A DNA stretch of 59,403 bases, the filler included, from Sluysia triapertura (lineage: Eukaryota): NCBI GenBank assembly GCA_046118255.1. It is 5 parts of 5 records of this genome, joined end to end, with 100 filler letters (N's around TTAATTAATTAA, not from the genome) between each part and the next. Parts side by side here need not be neighbours in the genome. Positions count along the whole stretch, not along the records: positions 12,522 to 25,896 come from JBJNIA010043794.1; positions 25,997 to 37,223 come from JBJNIA010187146.1; 3 more parts are not named here. One strand, 5' to 3'. The position numbers and the translations under genes are program-made. This document shows, piece by piece, positions 15,185 through 27,355 of this stretch (its first letter is position 1; each line of letters begins with the position of its first letter). A model generated the notes under the pieces. It was not told where the DNA came from. It worked only from the letters and a program-made list of their open reading frames with translations, and did no database searches.

Positions 15185-15421
15185 AAGCAGACATGCTTTA
15201 ACTAAATTACCGTCAGAGATAAGGAGTTCGTTTAAACACATTCATCCACTAATAACATTAAACCTAATATAAGCAACCGTAAGCTCCATAAATAACATAA
15301 GAATCTAATACTACTAATGGAGAATTTACTAAGTGGTTTTGTATTCGTCGAAATCAAGGGAATGCATTAGGTCAAAAACACTATTATCATGTGAATGTTT
15401 AGCTTGTACACAGATTACCAA
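15185..15421 (-). pseudogene. Possible further MAGT1/TUSC3-like fragments (N-terminal-like piece, then a C-terminal TM piece)
   Basis: VVLDSYVIYGAYGC, then a frameshift to ILGLMLLVDEC...KHVCFII, resembling [25 protein letters not shown]...KRKIMCV. The upstream LVICVQAKHSHDNSVFDLMHSLDFDEYK only weakly resembles the N-terminus. Confidence 0.4.
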
Positions 15422-15800
15422 ATTAATTAATTTAAATTTATTAATAAAACTAATTAATTAATCGAATTAGCTATAATTAAGTTAGAATAAATTAACACTG
15501 AAATTAATTACTACGTTTAGTTTTGTTTTTGTTAATAAAATAAAAAATTCAATTTATTTATTTATTTGATTTACTGAATAAAGTCGAGGGAGTTAAATTT
15601 ATAATTGATATTGATCACGCACTTCCACCTCTGACAACAGAGACTCATTAAAATTATAAAGTAAAATTGATTAGGGTATTGAAGAAGCTAAAACTGAAGT
15701 GCTTAGTGAGACTGATTGGGTTTATAACTCATAATCATCACAGACTAACATAGAGGAAATTGTAAAAAGAGAGTGAAGACAGAAATCAATACAAAGTTTA

Positions 15801-17448
15801 CTACCTCCGTTCAATAATAATTATCTCGTTAGTTTATATGCAAATTATTAACATCACTTTCGCTATAGACATCTTTTTATTTATGAAAATATTTTATTAC
15901 AAATAATATTATTACATATATCTATGTAAATAATGTAATTCATAGTAAATTCAGTTTTTAATCAGTTTTATAAATCTAGTTAGAATTTACAAATTTAATT
16001 TTAATACATTTAAAAAATATTTAGAAATTTAATTTTATATCTTAAGAGAAACATCAATTAATTAGTTTAATCAATTACTCTAAAAAACAATAATTAATCA
16101 TTGTATTAAAACATGTATAATTTGTAGTACATTTATAATTATATATTATTTGTTCACGTTCATTACATTTCGAAATTAATTAACTTTGGTATAATTAATT
16201 AATCATCGTTAATTACAAAAAATGTCGGTAAAAAAATTAAAACAATTTTAAAACATATATATATGTCATTGACTCAAGCAATAGAGAATAATAATCGTCG
16301 GAAAGTTATTTGAAAAATTCACAAAACATTTTTATCGTTCGTTGCGTGCTATTTGGGGAAAATTAGGAGAGCTCTGACTTAAACGTTAATTGGACAGTAA
16401 AATCAATTCTTTCCAGAATCGTTTTTCGACCAGCCCACATCTTTTCCATGAATAAGTAAGCTAGTTTTATTAGGAAATTAGCATTGATAAAGTGTTTTAA
16501 AATACACGTAAAATACTTTATTATTTAAAAAATCCAAGCATTCGTCTGGATCAAAATCCTTTTTTAAATTTGATCATTCAATTCAAGGGAAAAACCTTGT
16601 AGCATATTTATTGTATTTATTATAAAATATTACTTGTATATACATTTGTTCCTAATCTATTTTGTTATAATATATTTTACTTTACTTCATATTGGTTTGA
16701 TATTTAATAGGAAAAAGATTAAGTTTGGTAATAATAATCTATACATGTTTAATTTAAGTTTGAGTATGCGAATAAAAATAAAGAAACCACTGAAATAATG
16801 GCAGCATTAAAACATAAATATTTCAAGTATAAACGGTTAATATAATATATTATCTAAGTTATTTAAAGTCAAGTTTAACATGTGAATTATGGGAAAACTC
16901 GCTAGTTAATTGCATCAAGTAGTTAAAGACTCTTTACGTAGTTTTATTGACATTTTACATCTTGTGAGTGCGTCTTCCCTGAGATATAAAGCATACATCA
17001 CAAGCAAACCCAGAGAAATTTATAATTGTTTCAGTATTAGTATAAAACCTGAACATCTCGTAATGCATTGTGAGCAGTTTCAATTGCTTCTAAATTTCAT
17101 TTTAATTGTTTCTTTGGGCAATTTCTTATTGTTAGATCTCACCAGAAGTGTTTGAAGGACAGCATTTCTCTCCTCGTCACTTAAATTTCTGTACATCAAT
17201 CCAGAACGTTTGATTTATATGATTTAAAGTTATATTAGGACTGAAAAGGAAATAGCAGCGGATTATTTTGGTACACACAGCAAACAATGACAAATTTCAG
17301 AAATTGCTAGTTATTTATAAAATTATCATAAACCGAACAAATACTTCCCAAAAATTATTTTATGATTTTATGATTCTCTACTGTTCATATTGTATTGGTA
17401 AGTTAGCAACAAATGTCAAATGAGAGTCTATTTTGAACAGAGACGTAG
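15801..17448 (-). mobile_element. Decayed DD39D/Stowaway-type mariner element
   Basis: Left end is TA|CTACCTCCGTTCAATAAT; the reverse complement of the right end is CTACGTCTCTGTTCAAAAT (Stowaway-like TIR). About 250 bp inside the right end, the minus strand encodes MYRNLSDEERNAVLQTLLVRSNNKKLPKETIK, like the plant/oomycete mariner HTH N-terminus. Confidence 0.5.
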
Positions 17449-17494
17449 TTCATAATTATAGATAAAAAGATGTGAAGTTACTTCATTAACTAAC

Positions 17495-18693
17495 TTTGGT
17501 GCTATCATTTAGTGCTTGTAACCGTAACAACGTCACTATGTTAGCATTTTGAGTTTCTGTAGCAACAGCAAGAGGGCTTTTAATTGGTCCTTGTAAATTC
17601 TGTTTGGCACATAATCTTAATAATACATACACGCTTCGTAAATTTTCATATCGACATGCAATGTGTAGAGCTGCGTATTTGGTATCATCTTGGATTGGCT
17701 TATCAATCTGAAATTAATAACGAATAATATTTAGATTATTTAATTAAATTCATACACCGTCATTGTCATTACTAATACTACGACTACTGGTGCTGCTGCT
17801 CCTACTATTACTACTACTACTACTACTACTACTACCACTACTACTACAACTATTACTGCTACTACTACAACTATTTTTTCAAAAAATAAACTTTTACCAA
17901 AAGCAATTATTTGTACTACAAAAAATGTCAGTGTTGAAATTTAAAATATTTTACAAAATTGTCAATTAGCATTTCATATCATAATACAAAAATGACTTTA
18001 TTATCTTATTTAGGTTAAGTTTCTATTCGGCAATTAGTAATGCGGATAGTACGGATAATATGGATCAAGGGACTTATTGAAATTGCAATCGATAATTTAT
18101 TGTTATAATAGTAATACTATTTATAATAAAATAATAATGATAATAATAACCAATGCTCCATTATACACTAAGTAACTAATCCCTGGCCAGAAATTGCACG
18201 TGGCGGCTGCATGAATAGGACACTGAATTGAATCAACCTGACTATTGACGGAAAACCCAAGCGCTATCGACCAAGCAACAAAAGCCAAATTGTAGTTCTT
18301 AATCCCATAACGCATGAGTTTGGCAGAATATGTCGATGAATCGATATAATTATCACAGTTATCATCACTGACATCAGAATGATTATCGTCAATGTCACTC
18401 CCGCCGCCGCTATCACGAATATTCGATAATTTCTTATGCAACTCCTTCAAATACGCCTTTGCAGTTTCATTCTTTAAATCTGATATAACAAATCGTTTTT
18501 CGCTCCATTTTACTTCCACCCATTTCTGTCGAATTGGCATCAAAGAAGACTCATTTGGTTTAATAACTTCTTCTGGTTTCTGATTGGTCGAATCATATGT
18601 AGCTTCATAAATCTGATTCATTACACTGTTACCCAATAGAAACATTACAGATAACATTTCTGGTTCCCAATTATCCAATGATAATGAACGAAC
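17495..18693 (-). CDS. ACAP: ArfGAP with ankyrin repeats (ACAP/centaurin-beta type), two 3' exons; partial gene
   Basis: Exon 18693-18151: VRSLSLDNWEPEMLSVMFLLGNSVMNQIYEA...IRQKWVEVKWSEKRFV...PIHAAA...NGAL. Exon 17707-17495: IDKPIQDDTKYAALHIAC...PLAVATETQNANIVTLLRL. Junctions are phase-0 GT-AG. The gene either stops at 17486 or splices again at GTTAGT. Upstream exons were not found. Confidence 0.85.
17770..17875. repeat. (CTA/CTG)n microsatellite in the ACAP intron
   Basis: Directly visible trinucleotide run. Confidence 0.9.
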
Positions 18694-18926
18694 CTATAAA
18701 AATTAGTTTTAATTAAAATAAATGATGCTTATTAACTACTTATATTAATAAATAATTTATTAAGAATGTTTTAATACTAGATATCAATAATTTTATTAAA
18801 ATATTGTCGCAAAATCCAGTTTTCATTAAATATAAGTTCGAATAACACCGATTTGAAAAAAGGAATTTAATTAATTGCGGAATTTCAATTTCAAAAGGGA
18901 TATGAACTATTCAAAAATAAAATATA

Positions 18927-19444
18927 TTATTCGCTGCCAACCACGAATGTACTCGTGATACTTTCAATATATATTATAACGTACAACTTGTGGAGAGCTT
19001 GCAAACCTTTTATAGCAACAAACATAAATATATACAAGTGTAAAAACTTGAAAAGGGCTCCAAATAAATGGTTTTTATAAAAATTCTACTTTATTCATTA
19101 ATTTGTTCAAATTGTTCAATATATCACAATTCCGTTATCTCTGACACGAAATAGAATCTAAGTAATCGTCAGCAGTGATTGAATTACCAATATTTGCAAA
19201 TTTACAGAAAATTGTGCCCCATTTTTTTCATCTATTTGTGTGATTCATGATTTGTTTTTTACTTAAAAGGACATCGAGTCCTGTTGCATTCCCATTACCA
19301 ACCACGAGTACGCTCGTGTTTGATTGTGACAAAATATGTGTGCATTTATCTTGAAATAATAAAACTTAGATAAACAATAACAACACTCAAAACAGAAATG
19401 GCAAAGCGAATAACTTCACACAATTTCGGCTTGGCAGCGAATAA
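18927..19444. mobile_element. piggyBac-like MITE
   Basis: Perfect 14-bp TIR (TTATTCGCTGCCAA ... TTGGCAGCGAATAA) followed by TTAA on the right; the left flank is TATA. A subterminal motif (ccaaccacga..t.c.ctcgtg) is repeated internally at ~19297. Confidence 0.7.
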
Positions 19445-20327
19445 TTAATTTAAATAATCAAATATCCAAGTATAAATCTGGAAATATTGGCCAGAACATT
19501 TTTATAGTTTAGCTATTCAGAAGAAGTCGACTCAATGATATAATGTATAAATAAGCAAATTATTTTAATAATAATTTGAAGAATATTTTCAAAAAATAAA
19601 TAGTTCCAAAGAAAAAACTTTAAAATATGAAAGTAGGAAAAAAGTATTTCAAAAATAAACCCTATTGATCATCATAGAAACTAGAGAACTCGTAATGTTA
19701 GAGAAATAGAAATCGCAGGTAAATGGTCAAACCACTACATGAGCTAGTTCAATACAAAGTATATGAAATGGAAAATCTGTTCTGAATCTTGTCGCATGTT
19801 CTGTCATTGGTGTTCCATTAACGAATAATGACGAGAAGTCTTCTTGACCATTTTGCTGTTAATGGTGTTCTTAGAGGTAATAATTATACCTTTTATAAAT
19901 GTATTGAATATATTATTACTGTTTGTTCACGCCTTCTTTGTATAAATAATAATTTAAATAATAATATGTTTTATAATAATTCCATTAACAAAATTAATTT
20001 GCATAAACACCCTCAGAAACCTTATTTCTTATTATAATAAATAAAGAACCAAATTGGTGTTTAGGAAAGATCAAGAATTATTGTTTGAAGAAAAGGTATG
20101 CGATAAAGTTGACACTGAAGTCAAGTGACAACATCTATCGGTATTAGTATGGCTAGTAGAAAAGAATCCTGACGTTTTTATTTGGTTTTCTGCACGTTAT
20201 TATTGGATTACTCGTCTATTACACTTTTTACACATGATGTCAACTTCTCGACTGTTCCCAGTTTGGTAGTATGAAAATCGTAATTCAAATCTTATTAGTT
20301 TTACGAGTAATTCTTCTACAATACTAC

Positions 20328-20510
20328 TGTACAGGGTGGGCCAGAAGTTAGGGGGCAATACCAAAATGTTGGCTTAAGTATATGTTCAGTTTATTTAAGA
20401 TTTATATTCTACGCACAACAATGTAATGGATAAAAAGCGACACTTTTATTTATAAATACTCAAATTGTCCATTATTTACTTCGATACACTTCAAAACTTG
20501 TTTGAAAAGT
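20328..20510 (-). mobile_element. mariner/maT-like transposon 3' end remnant
   Basis: TA|CAGGGTGGGCCA terminus. The minus strand encodes QVLKCIEVNNGQFEYL*, a typical mariner transposase C-terminus (R..CI...GG.FE.L). Confidence 0.55.
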
Positions 20511-21187
20511 GTAATTGTAAAATTGTACGAAAATTGTTATAATATATGACAATATAAATTTTGTTAAATTTTATTAAGAGAAAATTTATTTATTTTATTT
20601 ATATATTTATTTGATTTGTATAGTTCTATTGAATAAGAAAACTATTTATCCAAATATAAAGTCATATTTGCCAAACAATCCATTCATTGTTAGAATATAA
20701 TTTAATAAACAAATCTTATCATTTGGAGTCCCAATCAGACCCAATTAAAACACAATTGAATGATATTTTGATTGTTTATCTTGCTCAGAAAAAATACAAT
20801 TCAATAATGTAGTTCGAATAAAATTTAATTAACATTTATTTAAATTTTTAAATATTTAAATTGAATTAAAATAATCAATAAATTCTTTGGTAAAATAATT
20901 CATTAAAACTTTCAATTTATGATTAATTATTTTTTTACGCTTTATTTTTGATTATTAAAATATATTAAAGAAATTTGAAATATGTTTATGCACAAATAAT
21001 ACGTTACAGTATTAATAAAGAAATAAACATTCATATAAAAAAGTCTAAAATAAAATGTAAAGATAAAAGAAGGATAGAAAGACAATAACGATGACAATCG
21101 CTATTATGTTATAATCCAATAGTGATATTATATGAAAGTAGTACTATAAATTTATTAAAATATTCTATAATTTTACTATTTTAGAAG

Positions 21188-22170
21188 TTAAAGTTTGGCG
21201 TTGTGTAATGAAGAATGTGTTCGAAATGACGTTTTTGCGTATGCATGTAGTGTAGGAGATATAATATAATCGTGTGCATGGATAAAATTGGATATATTAA
21301 ATCTGTTTCCTTGATATAAACATTCGCATAATAACCCAATAGCGTCTAGTGAATCCCGTCCATTTTCGTAATTTATGAGTCCTTTGTTCCCGTCTCTGTT
21401 TTCATCGATAAAAGGAAAACTAAACTCCCGAACTTCCAAGTGAAAGAATTATAAAAACACAATCCTCCTTGTTGAATACAGATATTAAGCATCAACAAAA
21501 TCTCTTAACGAAATACATAAATAATGAATAATGAATACTAAATATAAATAATGAAAAGGAAATTACTGATAAAATTACTCATGTTGAACCGAATAATTTT
21601 TAAACCCACAGAAAGTAATTTCCGGGTATACCTCGCCACGAATCCACTCTGACAAGGTACATACTACCCCTAAAGTTAAAAACGTAGGTATCATACGATT
21701 AGGCCTGCAAATTTCTGAATCTGCAATAGTTTCGGAAACCGAATAATTGATCTCGCTTAAGTACCAAGAATACTATTCAAATCAAATGTGATATGTTCGA
21801 TAAACGTAACAAAAGATGTCAATCCTACGCGACTTTTCTCACCATAAAAATTCGTACCTCGAGATAGAATCGTGCATAACCAACAGAATTTAAAAGAAAT
21901 GAAGGAGCTAAATAAATAAGAATCAAGTAAATCCCACCTGCATTATCTCCTAATACGTGGTTCCAACCTGCCTAGATATTCACTAGAAAATTCTTCTGTT
22001 TTCGGAACAGCCTTATCGAGAGCTCAAATACATATTTTACAGCTCTACTTTGCATCAAAAGCCAACATTTAGGTAATCTAGCACTTGACTAATTCATGAA
22101 TAAGATTAAAACTTAGAACCATTCCGCCTAGTTAGCGAAGAACATCACGATGTGTTGAAAAGTATTTATT
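21188..22170 (-). pseudogene. Innexin (gap-junction) pseudogene
   Basis: SYLFSSFISFKFCWLCTIL (TM3-like); WIRGEVYPEITFCGFKNYSVQ (cf. FPRVT.CDF...NYTVQC); NFISNFLFIIYI*Y (cf. N.FNEKIFIFLWFW); EVREFSFPFIDENRDG...IGLLCECLY (cf. the C-terminal DG motif). Multiple stops, frameshifts and deletions. Confidence 0.7.
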
Positions 22171-24182
22171 TTCGTAATTAAACATTTATGATAACTATTT
22201 ATTTATGTAATGTAAAAATTGAAGATATTATTTTATTTGTAAATATACATTTTATGAGAAAAAATTATTTGTTTATTTTATTTTTATTTTTATTATAAAA
22301 AAATAATAATAAATTATATCATAAAGAAAAACTAATCGTTGAAATTCATTCGTTAATTTCATATTATTACATATAAATATATCGAATTCATTTGGATTTT
22401 TCATTAACGCAAAAGTTAACCAAAGCACAAGAAAGTCAACAAAAATATAATTGAAATTAATTTTTAATTTATAAAGAGATTTTCCCTAGATTTCCATGTC
22501 AAAGTAAGATTATTTCGATAAGTTTTAAAATAATTCTTAACTTTAATAAAGTAGGATTTTTAAAATCTCGACTTAAAATCTTCAACTTCATCATAGACCT
22601 TACAGGCTAGGTTAATTTATATTTAAATTCAACATAACGCTAAGATCGATAGATCTTAAGAGTTTTAACTTATTATCATTATTATATTTGTTTTATTAAA
22701 ATGCTATGCGCGTTTGTCATCATGAAAAAATAGATATAATGTCTTAAAGTTTTATTGTATTGATCTAAAATCTCCATATTATTTGTTAGACCGTTTTTCG
22801 GTCTTAACTTAAAATATAGCCTTGCTTAATACATATTTGTGATGTGACTCGTTTTTAAAAGTTTTAAGCTTAAAAATGTCGCGCAATTTATTTAACAATC
22901 ATAATATGACGCCTTCTTCGCATATTTAAGCCGTACTTATTAGGCAAACAGACCTCTAGGTATTTTGTAAGTTAACTTTCGTAGCAAAGCACTTGCAGTA
23001 ACTTAAAATTTTGTATATTTTGCATTATACTGAAAGAGAACATAAAACTAAATTTATGCAAGAAGCCATCCAAAATGGGTTACATGTAAACCAATTATGA
23101 CTTTGTTTACTTACTAAGTTATTATTATTTATTTTTTCATGTCATAAATTACCTGCTTTAATTTTAAAATAAAATTGTAATCCCAATTTTAATTATAAAA
23201 TCTTAGCGTCTTTGATATAGTTATTGCAGATTGTCTTAAAGAAAAATGAATATATTGAAGATGGTACACAGCTTCTTCAGTATTAAATGATAGGAAATTT
23301 AAGAATATCACATCGCAAACGTTATAATTAAAAAAACAGATAATAGATTATATATAAAAACATTGAGAGAAATAAGGCCCAGTCAACAATTCGAAAAAGC
23401 AGCACAAAATCAGAGAATGAACCACTTTAATGAAAGAATGACAATGTCTAGTTAGAGTAGACATTATGAGGGGCAACAATCAAGCTCAGATTGGTGGTAA
23501 TGAAGTTGCAACACTTTTAGAAAATTTAAATAAGGTCTTTCCACATAATTTGACAACACAACCGAAGATTCGGGTCGCAATCTTATCAAGAAAAAAGTTT
23601 GTGTTTGGTTCCAGCAAATATTTAATTAAGGAAGTGTAATTCTTAAGTTTTTGATTAGGTATTTGTAAATTGGAAATGATTTAGATTTGTATTAAATATT
23701 TTAAGAATAATTTTTAATTATTAAAAACATCAAGGTAGAAAATGTACAAAATGTAAAAATTAAAACAAACTCCAAGAAGTTCATCAAAATAGTATTAATA
23801 CAACATAATAGTAGTAATAATATTAAATAATAATTTAGCACTTTTAAAAGGCCTAGAACCTTAAAAATAATATAATCACAAATATTTAGTACGACTTTTA
23901 TAATAAGAAATTATTTTAAACTTTGAAAGTACGAATTTAATTATATTTTAAAAGTGCAAATTAATTATTATATCTGTACAAATAAATAAATAATAAAGTT
24001 AAAAAGAGTAGTAGTTTATAAATTATTTTAATTCAATTAAACAACAAATTTTTAATTAAATATTAAAGTATGAAATAATAATTCAATCAAGTACAAAAAT
24101 AATTAGTTTAATGTATCATTAGATTTATGCCAATCAAAATTGTTAATGCTCTACAAATGTACTTTAATTTAAAAATGATTAA

Positions 24183-24215
<33 letters not shown>

Positions 24216-25896
24216 CACGATTCATACGATCTAAGTACCAATCCTATAATTTTATATCTTGGTTTACAACTTCTAATCGAAAGCGATCAAGTACAATACA
24301 TCAGGTTTTATGTGAAAATCAATCGAATACTTAATTTAACTCAACTTTCCATTAAATAATTTAATGTTACGAATTCGTCTGCAATCCTAGTCTTACAAGA
24401 AACGGCTAGCTCGTAGGATTATAAAGAATTTAACTTAATAGAGGTAGATTAATTGATAGTCAAAGTTAAGGTATAACGCTGGGTTATTTTTTGAAATTAT
24501 GTTATAAAAATGGTTGTTACAGGGAATTAAAAATTCTTTAATAATTTATCAAATAGAATTTCCGCTTCGAAAGCGAGATTAAATTAACGAATATTTTATA
24601 TTTGATCCTCTTTAAATGGGATCTATAAAAATCAAAGCTTTTACTACCGGTATGAAATTGATTTCATCAATTTAAATCTATGTAAGTTAACAAAATGACA
24701 GTAAAATTGATCGTGAGTTTAAGACCGTATTATCAAAAATTTAATAAGTTTCATTTAGGATCCGCTTTAGTAAAATAAGATCTGGAATATCGAGATTTTA
24801 CTTCCGATGTATAATAGGTAAAATTGATTTTGTAATAAAATAGACTAATATATTTTTAGGACTTTTCCTAACGAATGAATCGTATGTATATAGAAACGGT
24901 TTCAATATTCATAATTTAATTTATTAATTTTATTGATCCGATTTAAAAGGATCTTCCTGCAAACAAAGGTTTTATATCTATTTAATCGTTTGGTTTAATA
25001 AAGCTTAATAATGACGAAATTTTTCATAAGTCTTTCAAGGAAAAATGAAGTTTATTCAAAATAATATACAAAGCAATATTAAAGGGTTTATTCAAAAGAT
25101 AATAAACAGAATAATGAAATTTTATAACGAACGTTTATAACCTTTAATAAAATATTACATATGTCAAATTTACTAGACCAAATTAAAAGGTCAAAAAAAT
25201 TTTCATTTATTTTAGTGAATGTTACTGCAAGTGAATGTCTTAAGTAAATATAAACAAATAAAGTTCGTCCGAAACAAAAATCGAAGATTGCCAAAGAATT
25301 AAATTCTCCAATAAAATTTCGCGTAACAATTCAATTTAGAGTCTCTTTGATAGCTATTTAAACTTTTGTGTGATAAATTTTCTTTTTAATTGCTATTTTT
25401 ATAGTAATTTTTATAACCTTATTTACAAGTCGCACATCAAAAGAAATCATGATGAAACAAAAAGACACTAAATGAAGTAAAGAAACAATTTTGTAAACAA
25501 TCTGATTACACACTGTACTGTTTTTGGATTACAAATGTAGGGGTCAACATTCATAATTCAAACCCAATCAAACTACTAAACTTAATATCTATTATTCAAA
25601 TTTCATTAAAATGCAATTTTCCCAACAGTCACACCTTTTGCTTTCGAATTACACCAACACCAACACCATAAAACAACATTTGACAAGCACAACACCTCAT
25701 TAACTCATATACACCAATAAATCAACTAATATCTCAACCATCTCTAACATAACAAATCTCTACATTCAGCTCAAACAATTCGTGACATTCATTCAATAAA
25801 TACTTCATCAAATAAATCCCAATCACAGTATAAACAATTCACAAATCACAAATATAATAACATCCAAACAACGTTAACAACTACTTCAGAAACATA

Positions 25897-25996
25897 NNNN
25901 NNNNNNNNNNNNNNNNNNNNNNNNNNNNNNNNNNNNNNNNTTAATTAATTAANNNNNNNNNNNNNNNNNNNNNNNNNNNNNNNNNNNNNNNNNNNN
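25897..25996. other. Artificial contig linker
   Basis: Ns + TTAATTAATTAA + Ns. Confidence 0.97.
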
Positions 25997-26245
25997 AGGT
26001 TACTAAGGTCTTCAATGATCCAAAGGTTCTAAAGTTCAAAGGTACCTTAATACTTCTAAAGGTTTTTCAAGTCCATCTCAAGCTTCTTTAAGGTCTCAAA
26101 CCCTTATATAGGTCTTTGGAATCTTAAGATATTCTTTAGCTATTAGGATCATTATAAATGTTTTCTTTATCATGATTCTTATTTCAACAATGTTTATAAT
26201 GTTCAATCCATAAATTTGTATAAGTTCTTTTTTGATTTTATATGT
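25997..26245 (+). repeat. Dispersed repeat family A, copy 2 (degenerate ~9-nt aaggt-based internal periodicity)
   Basis: Aligns with the reverse complement of 180-380 and with 56590-56790. Confidence 0.75.
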
Positions 26246-27355
26246 TTCTTACTCATTTTCAGATCCATAGTTGAGTAATCCCAACATTATGCTTCAAAAT
26301 ATAAAGAGTTAAATTAGATAGTTTTAACATTATAAAATAACTTGCATTTCTAAAGTGACGATAAAATCTCATTTTTCTTCCTAGTTTCAAAAGGATCCAA
26401 ATGCATTATTTAACTTAAGCAAGCTGAAGCTAAAAAATAAATCTTAAAGAGTTAATAAAATCTCAATTAGAATTAACATAACTGGCGATATAATAAAATT
26501 TTAATGTTCAAATCTTCGTAATTTTTTAAAAATTAAATTTAATAAGTGTTCTGATTTAGGCATAGATGTAAAGAAAATAAATAAATATTTGTTGACTTTA
26601 TGCCATTCACTTTAATCCAAGAGTGTCTTCAGCACATATTTCAACAAAATAATTTTATCAGTAACATTGGTTTCAAGGTCTCACGCAGCACTTATGGATG
26701 TTCAAGAAGAGATTGTATAACGACAACAAGCAATAGCCCTCAAGTAATATTGCCTAAAGACTAATAAAAAGCTACTAAATAGAACTAAGCAAGCCCTAAA
26801 GAGTGTATTAAAAATATATCAATATTATAAATTTTTATATAAATCAATATATGCCTCTGGTAAATCCGATTATTTCATCAAGTATAATTCTACACCTGTC
26901 GGACCGTTTCACTTGTAAGTCACTACAATTCAGCAACACATTTAATAAAATATTTTTATATGACTTTAACTCTTAAGAATTCTAACACCATGGTTAAATG
27001 AAAGAAAATTACATAGTATATACTTAATTTTTTTATTAAAAATTTAGTCATAACTAATGAATAAAGTTTCGGGGAAAAATCTAGGAAACGAAATTATACC
27101 GATAAAACTCATATCAACAATAAATTTAAAATAATCACATAATTTCGTGGTTTCCATTGAATTTGAGTAGTTTTCTTTGTTTTTATTTATAAAAATAATA
27201 TTTTTTAATCTTTAAAAAGCGTTCAAATAATGATGTATATAGTATTTATTTTTGAACGTTTTTTAATATCTATGTTGCTACTGAGATTTTATTTTCCATA
27301 ATACCGTTTTATTTTTTTTTAGATTTATTTGTATTACTTTACATTTTATTATAAA

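Noticed and set aside
17763-17969. Poly-Leu ORF resembling a signal peptide or TM helix
   Set aside because: It is the translation of a (CTA)n microsatellite inside the ACAP intron.
25600-25896. A/C-skewed tract as a gene or telomeric repeat
   Set aside because: There is no fixed repeat unit and there are many stops. It is probably decayed LINE sequence but too weak to call.
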